A stretch of DNA of 33,603 nt from NCBI GenBank assembly GCA_032718475.1, contig JAUCBJ010006047.1:1-33603 (forward strand). The letters run 5' to 3'. Shown here one piece after another: positions 22,801 to 33,603 of the stretch (position 1 is its first letter; each line of letters opens with the position of its first letter). The DNA comes from Nemertoderma westbladi (Eukaryota; Animalia; Xenacoelomorpha). Both the position numbers and the translations under genes were made by a program. The notes below the pieces were generated by a model. The model did no database searches and had not been told where the DNA came from. It worked only from the letters and a program-made list of their open reading frames with translations.

Positions 22801-24994
22801 TCATTCTCTCGCAGAGATCGACTCGTAGCGTCCCATTCGTCGAGTAAATCGTCGGTAGGATTCCATATCCTTCCGGTGGACTTCTCATCATCGAGACTAT
22901 GGGTTTTCCCATCCAATTGGTCGCGATATCGGTGTTGGTCTCAAACGTGCCGACTCCGATTCATAATCGAATCGTCTGTGTCAGATATCCTTGCAGAATG
23001 CAAGGTGGGATATCCGTCCCATCGTGATCAACTTCCTTAGGAAGCCAACTTCCTTAAAGTCGGTAATATGTGGAGGCACGTTGCGTACAATTTTCTGAAC
23101 GATTATTCTACGCAACTCCGCCGCCTCTAACACATCGCCAAACGTTACTGATGGGAGGAAATCCAGGTTTGATATGATCTCTGGATGCTCCACTATGGGG
23201 ATCTCATAGGTCGTATCATCTCTAGTCAGTATGCTGATAGGAAAGTTGGTTGTGCTCGCGACTGGCACACTACCGCTTGGGTAGAGTGGGGTTGAGATTC
23301 TCGCGTCATCTCGACTTAAGTTATCTGTAGTCTCTGCGACAAACATTGAGCGAAGGTAATGCTATCGAAGAGTTCAGGTGGCATTTCCTTGGGTTCGGTT
23401 TGATTGTGGGATATCCAATAGAATGGTAGGCTCGTGAGCCTTCTGCCGAACCCCTCGATCTCGCCTTTCTCGTAAGCCTTGTACGGCCCTATACAGGCTA
23501 AGAGCTTCCCACTTCTCCTGTGTCGACTTGTTGGACTCCTCTACTACCATACTGTAGACATCCGGTTCGACTAATTTGGGTTCATAAATCACAATCTCGC
23601 CCGCGTTCGGTCTACTCATAAACGAGTGATACGGATTCGTCAAGGGGTATCCGCCTCCTTGATAACACAGACTCTGGTGGTTTGGGCATCGCGCTAATAT
23701 CGGCTTGGGGTTCTCCGAGTTCAATCGCATAGGGATCGTGTTGTCTTGCGCACGTATACATCCTCCACATTTATAGAACAGTTTATAAATAGAGAACGCT
23801 TCCATAGTCTCCGGATCCGCTCCTTGAGCGCATCTATATAGGTGCATCCCATCGAATTCGTCCCTAGCAGCAGGCAAGCGTTCACTCGCCATCAAATATT
23901 GCAGCATGTGATATAATTGTCGTATCTCTGTGTCGGGGTCCTCGCAAATGTCGCTGGCGTCACACAACGCATTGTAAGGGTATAATGCATTAAACTCTGC
24001 GCGTAACTCCTCCGTTCTCTCATTATAAGCGTTTAGTCGCTGTCGCGTAACGTCTGGATCCACCTTGGACTTTGCGAGCTTGGCTGTACTCCTTGCCATG
24101 CTCTCGACTCCAAACACGCAAAAGTTCTTGGCCCCATATCGGTTGAACGGTGCCTGGTGCTAATGTTCCTGCGTGTATCCCTGTCGTTGTTGTTTGTGAA
24201 TCCTCTCTGCCATTATATATGTGTATATATCGGTTACATATCGTTACGTTTAACTATACCATTGCGTTCTACTAGAGGAAGCATAAACAGAGGTTAAATG
24301 TGAGGAGACTTGGAGTTTTGTCGGCTTTTGGCTCAACTAGGCTCTAAAACCCCTACCCATTTGCCTAAGATTTCAGGTTCCGCGTGATTTTGCACTGGCT
24401 CCTAATCCAAAAAAATGTGCCGATAAAAAACGATTTCGGGCAAACTAGCCGTGAGTCTAAAATACTCAAATAACTCTATCTATATAAATCTAAAATACTT
24501 TTTAATCCCAAACTACATCCCCAAAAAAAATAAAGCAGTCGAGAATTAGTCAAAGTAAAAATAATAATAGACACGACTTTTAGAACAAGGCTGATTTTAT
24601 TTTCTAAAAAATATCGGTAGGCTCGCAAGCCTTCCATCCACTCTTGTCCCCTCCCTAATTTTGGTTCCATCTGACCATATCCTGGAATCCGTCCACTGGA
24701 GAATTGTTTTCTCTTGAAAATTCGAAATCCAAATGGATTGTCTAAAATTTTTGAAAATTGTCCCGGGTTCCAAGTGGAATTCCATTCTTTCTGTACATAT
24801 AAACCCGCTCCTATGGGATACATGTGCTACCCTCAATGTTCACATATAAAGACAATGAAATTCCATCACTGTCTCTAACCTACAGTGTACAGGAATATAG
24901 TGTACAGGAATACAGTAGGACTATATGGCGACCAGTAAGGGTCCCACATCTCTCACTTTCATGGTTTTGGTGGAGATTTGTAATCTCCCGTCTC

Positions 24995-25520
24995 GTTTCT
25001 AGTCTACAGTCACAGTTCGGGTGTATGGTTAAAATTACTCCAGTCAACCAAAACTTTCTCTTCAAGTTGGTCTCTGCCAATAATACATGATCACCACGCT
25101 TCAGACACCGGGTAGTAAGATACCAGGTGGTCCTGGCTGAAATAGAGGGCAAATAATACTTCTGCCATACTTCCCAAAACTTATTGGCTAATAGCTGAGT
25201 GATTTTCCAAGCTTTATTGCCGTAACTGTCACTGTCAATGGGTACAGAAGTGGGCAAAAGTGCCGTCGGCGCCTGCATAAGCAGGTGCGCTCGTGTCAAG
25301 GCAAACTGAGATTGGTTGTTGTCTGGGATCAAAGCGATGGGTCTTCCATTCAGAACCGCTTCGATTTATATCAACAACATAGTCAGTTGGTCGTCTGTCA
25401 ATATGCGTTGCGTCGGTATTACTTTCGCCATTGCCGTCTTAATGGATCCAATCAACCTCTCCCAAACTCCGCCTCTCCACGGACTGTCGGAAGTGTTGAA
25501 GCTCCAGACAATCTTATGGG
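24995..25520 (-). mobile_element. Integrase C-terminal fragment (end of core plus DUF5641-like) of a second, different BEL/Pao element
   Basis: IVWSFNTSDSPWRGGVWERLIGSIK...IEAVLNGRPI...LTRAHLL...FWEVWQKYYLP...GDHVLL; one in-frame stop; clearly divergent from 25650-26273. Confidence 0.88.
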
Positions 25521-25607
25521 GACATAGTTAATCTGAGATTTGATTTTTGTCCAATTTCTTTAAGGCTCTGGAAATTTCGAAATTTTGGAAATTGGGTTTT
25601 GCCCTCA

Positions 25608-25621
25608 TTCCCACCCCCCTT
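25608..25621 (-). other. Polypurine-tract-like site followed by TG (candidate start of the 3' LTR at 25607)
   Basis: aaggggggtgggaa|TGagggc, about 30 nt after the pol stop codon at 25650. Confidence 0.55.
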
Positions 25622-25649
25622 AGTCCAGTATATTGGACGATTCAACTAA

Positions 25650-28600
25650 TTAGGGCAACCCCTCCAATAGGCAACACTTCCCTACCACCCTCCTGTACGT
25701 CTTTCTATCTTTGGCCCCTATCTTTCCTCCGATCCTCACTTCCACGGATCTAACCCTTCTATCCTCACCAGGGTAGCATTCCACTACCATAGCCAGCCGC
25801 CAGTGATTGTTGATAATCGTGTCATCTGTGACTATTATCAAGTCACCCTCCCTAAGCTCCCTCTGGTTACTCCACCATTTGCTCCTATTAGGCAGTGTTG
25901 GAAGGTAGTCTTGGATCCACCTTGTCCAATACTCTGCACTTATCGCCTTAGCCACCTTCCAGCTTTGACGCGAATGTATATCGTATGGATCGATGTTTCG
26001 CATGTCAATTGTCGCTGGTCTCTCCATCAAGAGGTGTGCTGGTGTTAGGACGTCAATCGATTCTGAGTTGTCGTTCTCGGGGTACAGCGGCTAGCTGTTG
26101 ATGATTCCCACGCATTTCGCCAGCACTGTCCTCAGTACGTCCTCTGTGACCATATGATTATTCATCAGCTTGGTCATTAGTTGTTTGGAGCTTCCCACAA
26201 GTCGCTCTATGCATCCTAGTGTATGTGGCGCGTAAGGGGTTCTCCTTTCCCACCTTATTAGGTGTTTCCTCATCGGCTAGTTCTATTCCCACTGCCCTCG
26301 TATTATTGCAGACGAAGATAATGCTGTAGCGTTTCTCTGAATGCCGCATCACCTTTATTTTAATCAGCCCGAACATGTCCACCCCGCAGTGTGTGAATGG
26401 TGGGTTGTGATGCCTCACCCTGTTGGTCGGCAATGGCGCTATCTCCTGCATGGCCCTCTCCTTCTTCGTCCGTCGGCATGTCTGGAATTGCCCTACTACC
26501 ACCTTCACCATCTTCCTGAGCTGGATTACCCAGAATGTCTTCCGAATCTCCATTATGGTCTGGTTGGTACCGCCGTATAATATGGACTTATGGGCATCCC
26601 ATATGATCTGGTGGATTATTGGTGACTTGTTGGGGATTATTATCAGCTTTGGTGGGATTAGGGCACTGATGTTGTTCACCACCCTGGAGTTCATGACCAG
26701 GATCCCATCCTTGTCCAATTGTGGTGACAGCGCATTGAGCTCGCTGTCCTGATGAAGGCGTTGCTGTTTGCTGACGCTGTCTACCTTGTCTCCGTATCCT
26801 TTCCTTTGTTCGTATCGTATCATGGCTTTAGCCGCTCCTTCCAGATCTATGGTATGTTTCATCTTAGTGTCTTTACCAGCTCCCCAAAGCAATTCTCCGT
26901 AGGCCCTCAGATATGCTACTAGCTTCTTCATCTTATACCAGCTGGAGCTATAACTGAGCAGCCTATCTATTGGGTTATCGCACGACTCTATCACCTTAGA
27001 TTGTGGTGGCGCCTCCTTAATCCCCCTCACTAACTGACTAAATATTTCTTCCCCTTCTGATTCCTCTCCCTCATCCTCACTATCACTTCCTCTGTACTTG
27101 GATCTACCTTCCTCATTGGTGGCCAATTCAACCTGTCGTTCAGGAAGTGTGGGCCATGCTGCCACAACTCCTGCTTCCTCGAGAAAGCGTGGTGTACAAC
27201 GCCCCTCAATAACAAATCCACTGTATTGTTGTCAGTTAGGCAGTAGTGCCACTACTCCAAGTCTGATGTTGCTCTTATCTGATCCACTCTGTTCGCCACG
27301 AATATGGGATAATGCTTCTCGTTATGCAACCATCCCAACACTACCATGGAATCTGTCCAGTAGTATGTCTCTACTATACTTGATATTGTGTCCACCAAGT
27401 ATGATGTCGCTCTTACTCCTAGTCTCGCAGCCGTTAGCTCGAGTTTCGGCACTGATGCTGAATCTGGTTGCGTCAACCTCGCTTTACTAAATGCAAGCCT
27501 GGGCTTATGAGTCCCCTTCTGCTGTACCAAATAAAGCGCCACACCATATTCTTCCAGGGATGCATCGGAGAACATATGCAGTTATAACTCGCTCATGTCC
27601 CCATCCGGGAAGTATACACGTGGCATACTATAAGTCCCCATTTCTCTATCCTGTCCATTTCTCCCACTGTTTGCTTATTTCCACTGGGACCTCCGCATCC
27701 CAGTCATCTTTGATCTTGTAGACCTTCTTCAATATTTGTTTCCCGGTGACTAACAATGGGTATGCTAGACCTAGCGGATCATAAATCCTCACTATGTATC
27801 ACACATAGCCCCATTTAGTATGGATCCCGGCACCCTCCTGACTTGTTGATACTCCAACTCATCTGTCTCCCGGTTCCATATGATCTCTAGTGCCTTCTGC
27901 TGCGATTATACTCTCTTGTCCACCATGATTTGCTCCTTTACTATCATAGGTTTATCTAGTTTTGCCTCCGGTTGTTTATCCTCTATGGCTTCCATGAATT
28001 ATTTAAGTGTTAGACTGGAATTTGGTCAAGTTAAATTCTGACTTCTTCAGGATGTCGCGAACTTCGCGCCCTATGTCGAAGATCTCCTTAACTGAGTTTC
28101 CAGAACCAATTCCATCATTCACATAGAACCCGCGTCGAATCATATCGAGCGCCTTCTCACTGTACTCCCCCTCTTTGGCCTCCACCGTGTCTCTTACTGC
28201 TGTAGTCGTGGTAAATGAGGATGACTTTGCCCCCATATTCTGCACAACCATCTTGTACATCGGTATCTCTGACGGTTCTTCGTCACTGTTGTACCACAGG
28301 AAGTACTGGCTATCGCTATCCTCCTCAGTCACCTGCACTTGGTTAAACATGCACTCTATATCGCAAGTGAAGTCGTGTTTTCCACTTATAAACCTTATCA
28401 GGACCTCTATCCCCGAGTTGTAGATATTGGGGCCTTCCAGTAGGTAAACATTTAGGCTTTTGCCGTTTGTCTTGGCAGAAGCATCAACCACCATCCTCAA
28501 CTTGCCATTCTTAGGGTCTAGGGCCACATGAAGTGGCAAATAGTAAGTACTATCGGTATTCGGCTCGTACATTGGTAGCTCCATGGCCCATCCTCGATCC

Positions 28601-29460
28601 ACGTACTTCTTGATGGTCTTGTGAATGTACTTGTTCTTTTTGGGGCTCCATCTCGCCTTTGCTTTAATTTTCGAGGCCTCATCATGACCATCCTTTTGTT
28701 GTCTGGTAGGGGCACCTTCGGCTGCTTCCATACCATCCCTATGGTATATCGCCCCTCCTCGCACTTTGAGTTCCTGACACTCTCCTGCGCCTGCTTGTCC
28801 TCCACCGAGGTTACCACCCCAGCCTCCTTTATCCCCTCGAAGTCCTGCCATAGCAGCCTCTTGAGTTGCTCCTCTGCTCCTTCGTCCTCCATTTCCCTCA
28901 TTGTTCTCGCAAACATGCACCCTGAGGATTCGGACATGCTAAATGGGATTCTCGTTTTTATTGGGCCACTGAGCTTCCATCCGAATGGCGTGAGAATGGC
29001 CACCGGGTCACGCTCCCTATCCTCGCTGAACACTGTCTGTAGTGTCTCATGGGCCATTGGACAGTCCATGCCGACTATGAGAGACACTTTCGCGACATCC
29101 AGTTTGGGTACGGAGAAGTCGATGTCGGTATTGCTCGATCTCTATCTTTGTAGGTCGCCTGGCGTTATTGTTGATCGACTATTATTTGGATGGGTTCGAT
29201 GGTAGCCCCATAGTCGCACCCTGGTGTTATTGCTGCAAATTCGCATCGTCCTGTCCTCATCTTCATGACCTCATCTTTGCTGGAAATTGCGGTTACCGCC
29301 ATCTTACTTGGCCTTGTTTGTAACCCTATCTTTTAGGCCACCCAACTTTCCACTAGCGTGAATGCTGCTCCGCTATCGACCAGCATTAGTGTCGTAACCG
29401 ATAGCTCATTCTCCCCTATTATCCTTACTGGTACTACTCCGAGTAGTAACGTTCCCTTCC
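25650..29460 (-). pseudogene. pol: BEL/Pao pol: protease, RT, RNase H, integrase
   Basis: PR LLGVVPVRI...LVDSGAAFT (~29360-29450); RT YYLPLH, KLRMVVDASAK, DIECMFNQV, YVND; RH FSDAS, SVPKLEL, WTDSMVVLGW, FVANRV; IN PFTHCGVDMFG, ERLVGSSK, YWTRWIQDYLP. Confidence 0.93.
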
Positions 29461-29539
29461 TCTTTACTCCCATGGTGCTTGTCGCCATCACCTGGCCTCC
29501 AATCCCATTAGTCTCGGCATATTTAATCGGTGGTTCCTG

Positions 29540-32500
29540 ACATTCATCCTTCCTGTGTCCTCCTACCGCGCATCGATGACATAGTCCATTCTTACTGGTG
29601 TAGGCTATTCGATCTTAAGTAATGCCTGCCAATGTGTACAGTTTATGGTCTTATGTGTACCGAACCTATGCAGTTGACATTTGTATTCGGGATTGTAACA
29701 TTCCTTATATAGCACTTCACGTATTGCGCTTAGATTCATATCTAGCAGTTTGGTATTTTGGTTGCTTGGACTCGGCCTACTGGGGGTATTGGGTTTGTAT
29801 CCGTTGGTGTTGTTACTTTGTTTCTCTCCCTGCCATGGTGTGTGACTGCCTAACCTTCAGTAGTGCATTAGCTGCACTATGTTCGGGTTTAGGTCGGCTG
29901 TATTCTGTTTTTGGTACCTTGCCTAGACTGTCCTCACTATAGACCGGATCCGTTATTAACTCTGCCTCATAGTTAAGGAAGTTCGATGTCTCCTCCAACC
30001 CTGGCTCCGCACCTTTCTTCTCTCGAGTGGAGAAAGCGATCTTTCTCCATTTGTTTCTTAACCAAATCGGTAGTGCCTGAGGTAATCGGTAGTGGTGATG
30101 TTGTTTGATGCATTGAGTTGGTAAGGTGCATCTAGAGTCTTTAAGACTATTGGTGCTTTTTCTACTTTATTAGCGAAAGTCTTGATGCTAACGGGGTTAT
30201 CTGCGAGTCCGCCTGATGTTATTCCCCTTAGGGTTAGTCGGATAATCTTCGCAGGATGGCCAAATTCGCTGTCCAGGGCTCTCCATGCGGTCGTGAATCC
30301 TCCTCCTTCAATACCTTGGCATTGCCTCGCGATGTCATAGGCTGGCCCCCCTGTATAGACTTGTAGATATTTAAGGCACTCCGCCTGTATGAGATTTTTC
30401 ATCAAAATCTTGTTGCTGTACATCCTCCGGAACTGTAGATATTCTTCCGGATTGCTTAAATTCCGGATTCCATCAAACTTAAAAGACTCCTCGGGCGGCA
30501 GCTCAATTTAGTTTTCAGCAATGTGTTGCCATTCCCATTGCTTGAACTTACAACGCGCTCGATGGTACGGATGCAGGCTCCCTCAATGTTGGCTGTGCTT
30601 CGCCTCTCGGGTTCGTCGACTTTCCCTGAGTGGGATATATCATCGGGGTAGCGGTCCCCTCCATATCTGTGTCACATGATCTATTTGGATCTGAGGGGGT
30701 TGGGGTTTTTAATTTTGGTTGTGTGTATTGCGGATACAGTAATGGGGGAATGTCACCCTGTCCCCCCCCCCCCCCCCCCCCCCCACCGATGTTATATTTG
30801 GTACTGGGGTAGATGTCATTATATTGGCGGCCATATACCTATCTACAATACCCCACCCCCTTCCCCTGGGTATGTATTATATCCCTGCATATTATAGTCA
30901 TACTGGTGTGCAGGTACGGTATAGGCCTATCAGGTTCCTGCATACTTACCAGTATGTAAGCCGCGACCTCCTGGTCCAATCCCGGCATTCGTGCTACCGT
31001 ATCACCTACCCTATCTCTCCCAGCATGGCCTATAGTATGTGCATTAAGTCCTACAGTATGCCCTGCAGTCTGCCTGTGTTCCTTGAAGTTTAATCTTCTC
31101 GAATATTCCGAGAAGTCCTCCCCGTGACTACCATATCGTCGATCGGTAGCTACGTTCCAATGGGGAGTTTCCCTCCAATCCCCTCCTCTCTCTTCCTCCT
31201 CCTATCGGTAAACTCTGTACCCCTCTCCCGGTGTGTGGTATATTTCGCCAGGTTGTGTTTCTCCGGGGCGACGGCAATCTCACGGAGTACGACCCCACCG
31301 GTCTCGACGTCTCCTGTTGCCCGTAGCAACATTTCCTCCTTCCTCCTCACTTCTTCTGGTTTCGGCATTATGTCCTTTCATTTGTCTCGTATCGACCTCC
31401 CGGATGAACTCCACTGTTCTCCTTCCATCTTCCAAGTGGGCTCGATGTTTTCTCGTTTGGCCGCTTACGGCACCAACATCCCTCTTTCTACCTGGTTGTA
31501 CCACCTCGCGAATATTCGTTGCCCTTCTATTATCCTCTGTCATCAGGTGCCACGGTTCAAACTCACCACGCGCATTATCTGCCGATGCTCGCGGGGCTTC
31601 TACTGCCCCCCCCCCCTTCCTCCGTTGTTGGGAGCCCCGGTTCACTTGAATCACCGCGCGCATTTCCCGTCGACATCTGTGGGTCATTTACTGCCCCCCC
31701 CCCCCCCTACCCATCACTTCTCACTTCGCCCCTATGGCCATGTTCCCCTCCAGTCAACACGTTACTTCTATTCTCCCTGGGTCCATTTGCCCGCGTTCCT
31801 CCCTGCGCAACCACGCTGCCTTGTAGGCCCCCGCTAGGCGAATTACCTGTTTTCCCAACGTTTATATTAATTATACCACCACTAGCCTCACCCTGTTGAT
31901 TTGTTATATTATTACTTGCATTATTTGGATTAATTTCACCTGAATTATTTATAACATTATTATTTACGGTACCCGGGTTATTATTTAAATAATTTTTATT
32001 ATCTGGCGCACCAATACTATCAATTACCAATTAATCAAAACATTATTTCCTGCAAGAAATGTTTCATTATTATTAGGGTTATCTACTATGGTACTATTAA
32101 TATTAACGTTCTCATTGAACATATTGTCGTTACCCCCCTCCCCCCCCCCCCCCCCCCCCCATCTGTCCAGTCACACCAGTTCTACCTGTACCTGTAAGTG
32201 GGGTATTAACAAAGGTTTCCATCACCCCTGGTTCCTGATAAATACTTCCCAAACCAGCCTCGCTCTCTGATAAACCCATTTTTTCCAGTTCTAATCAGCG
32301 TTTTTGCTTTGCCTGATACTTCATCAACCCCCTCAACCAGGTATGCATATCATCCCTCATTCGTTTACCCGCCCTTTCTCTCTCTCTCTATCCTCTCTAA
32401 TACTCTGATCAGCTAACTCTGCCTCCCTCGCCTCCCACTCTCTACGCTCGTTCGCTTCTCTCTCAATCCTCTCAGCTTTCCTCGCTTCCCGCTCCTTGCA

Positions 32501-32800
32501 CTCGTTTTCCTTTCTCGCCTCCCACTCCTCATGTTCGCTCATTTCTTTCTCATTGTGTTCTCTATAGTTTTTCACCACCCTCTCGGCCCCCTTGGCCCTC
32601 TCTTTATACTCTCTCGCTAGTTCCCTTTTCCTGTCTAGCAACGCAGTCCCCTCATCCAGCTGTCTCCCTAGTTCCTTTTGGTCTAGCGCGACTATGTCTA
32701 GTTGACATGCCAGATCTATCTCTAGCACCCTTCTTGCTTTTGCGGAGGATGTAGCAGACTTTTCGGTTCCGACAGACTCCCGTCACCTGTTCGTTCTACT
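29540..32800 (-). pseudogene. gag: BEL/Pao gag region: coiled coil, low-complexity segments, DUF1759-like core, zinc knuckles
   Basis: LKYLQVYTGGPA...AWRALDSEFG (30058..30423); GLCHRCAVGGHRKDEC (~29540-29590); E/R/K coiled coil 32357..32728. The 5' limit is uncertain. Confidence 0.75.
30762..32160. repeat. Poly-C tracts (poly-G on the element sense strand)
   Basis: C23 at 30762-30784, shorter runs near 31606 and 31694, and an interrupted run at 32133-32160. Confidence 0.85.
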
Positions 32801-33603
32801 GATTTTGCCATGCTTGCTAGCATTCCTACTAACCGATGACACCTAATCTTCAGGGTTAACCTCGGGTTTGGCGTCGTGCGGGTCCGCCCATCCCTCTAAC
32901 TTAATCCCCCGTGCATCCACTAGATAGAGCCCTACATACACTACACTAGCCGCCACTCTCTCAGATCGCCATAATTCGAACAGTTATGTTGTGACCCCCC
33001 TTGCCCTCTCACTTGCCAGTTCCCCCTGCCCAAATCGGAGTAGATAGTGGAAATGTTTGTTACACTCAACTCACTTGGTACAACTTGGGCTGGTCTACCT
33101 TTCCTCCCGTTTTAGCGTCCTTTAGCAACTTCCTCGTGGTGTTGTACCCTCGTCATAGGCGATCACTCATCCCAACGTCTTCCTCCTGGACTTGACCTTC
33201 TCTCCTCGTCTGGCGCCGTACTGTCGGCCCCACCATTGCCATTCCGGAGGGCCGCTCACCACCTTCGGCCACTGGTTGGCCGGCAACACCAGTACCTCAT
33301 TCGCCGCTGTGATCTCGCGTCGACTCGCGTCCCTATATATATATATATATTACTAACACATATTGGTTACTCCTACTGCTCTAAGTGGCCTGACCAATGG
33401 ATGCGCTTAAATCACCTGGTTTCCCGTCCCCATCATTGGCTAACCTATTAATCTCTCTTCAGCACTCCCTGTTGCCACTATCCCCAATTGCTAGCCCCTT
33501 TGTCCCCTTGAGATGGCTTATGGCCTCTCAACTCTGTTCCTGGCTGGCAATGTGTATTGCCTAAGTTGGTTATTACGGTGACATTATATTAGTAATCTTT
33601 TAT

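Larger units (their letters stand above)
20449..24213 (-). pseudogene. Decayed intronless multi-domain ORF: N-terminal Cys/His region, DEDDy 3'-5' exonuclease, 3x CCHC knuckle, Pro/RS-rich tail
   Basis: Near-contiguous same-strand ORF chain (23374..24117, 22981..23346, 22266..22916, 21419..21925, 21110..21400, 20886..21242, 20631..20855, 20449..20634). The ATG at 24213 is in frame with the first ORF through one stop codon. Confidence 0.72.
20361..24634. repeat. Four dispersed copies of a 19-bp hairpin motif GGTAGGCTCG(CA/TG)AGCCTTC
   Basis: 20361-20379, 20412-20430 and 24616-24634 are identical; 23425-23443 has CA>TG. Stem AGGCT/AGCCT. Confidence 0.85.
25530..33603 (-). mobile_element. Decayed BEL/Pao LTR retrotransposon (5' LTR not seen in the window)
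   Basis: Domain order gag-PR-RT-RH-IN on the minus strand with many stops and frameshifts. Confidence 0.95.

Noticed and set aside
30744-30755. PPT+TGT (gggggaatgt) on the + strand as an LTR start
   Set aside because: Lies antisense within gag, with no + strand pol upstream and no partner LTR.
28175-31899. Plus-strand ORFs overlapping the BEL element (e.g. 28621..29205, 31124..31837)
   Set aside because: Antisense shadows of gag/pol with no domain motifs; the same applies to the minus-strand ORFs inside the LINE.

Overview
Repeat-rich animal (probably invertebrate) genomic DNA, not prokaryotic. Left half (1-18 kb): a 2.7-kb satellite with a 62-bp higher-order unit, several nested inverted-repeat (MITE/foldback-like) elements, and an A/C-rich 45-bp satellite (~7.1-15.8 kb) split by a young, 5'-truncated RTE-type LINE. 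These are followed by one clear host exon encoding two LDL-receptor class A repeats (15812-16110, +). Just downstream, in the presumed intron, is a ~330-bp retrozyme/Penelope-like unit carrying an intact minimal type I hammerhead ribozyme (16556-16601, +) and an inverted, catalytically dead copy (16259-16304, -). Right half (18-33.6 kb, minus strand): a decayed BEL/Pao LTR retrotransposon (gag-PR-RT-RH-IN), a fragment of a second BEL integrase, and then a ~3.8-kb decayed intronless accessory ORF (DEDDy 3'-5' exonuclease, three CCHC knuckles, RS-rich tail). That ORF is marked by four copies of a 19-bp hairpin motif and followed by a tRNA-like Pol III unit. All calls come from reading the sequence by eye; boundaries are approximate unless a junction is quoted.
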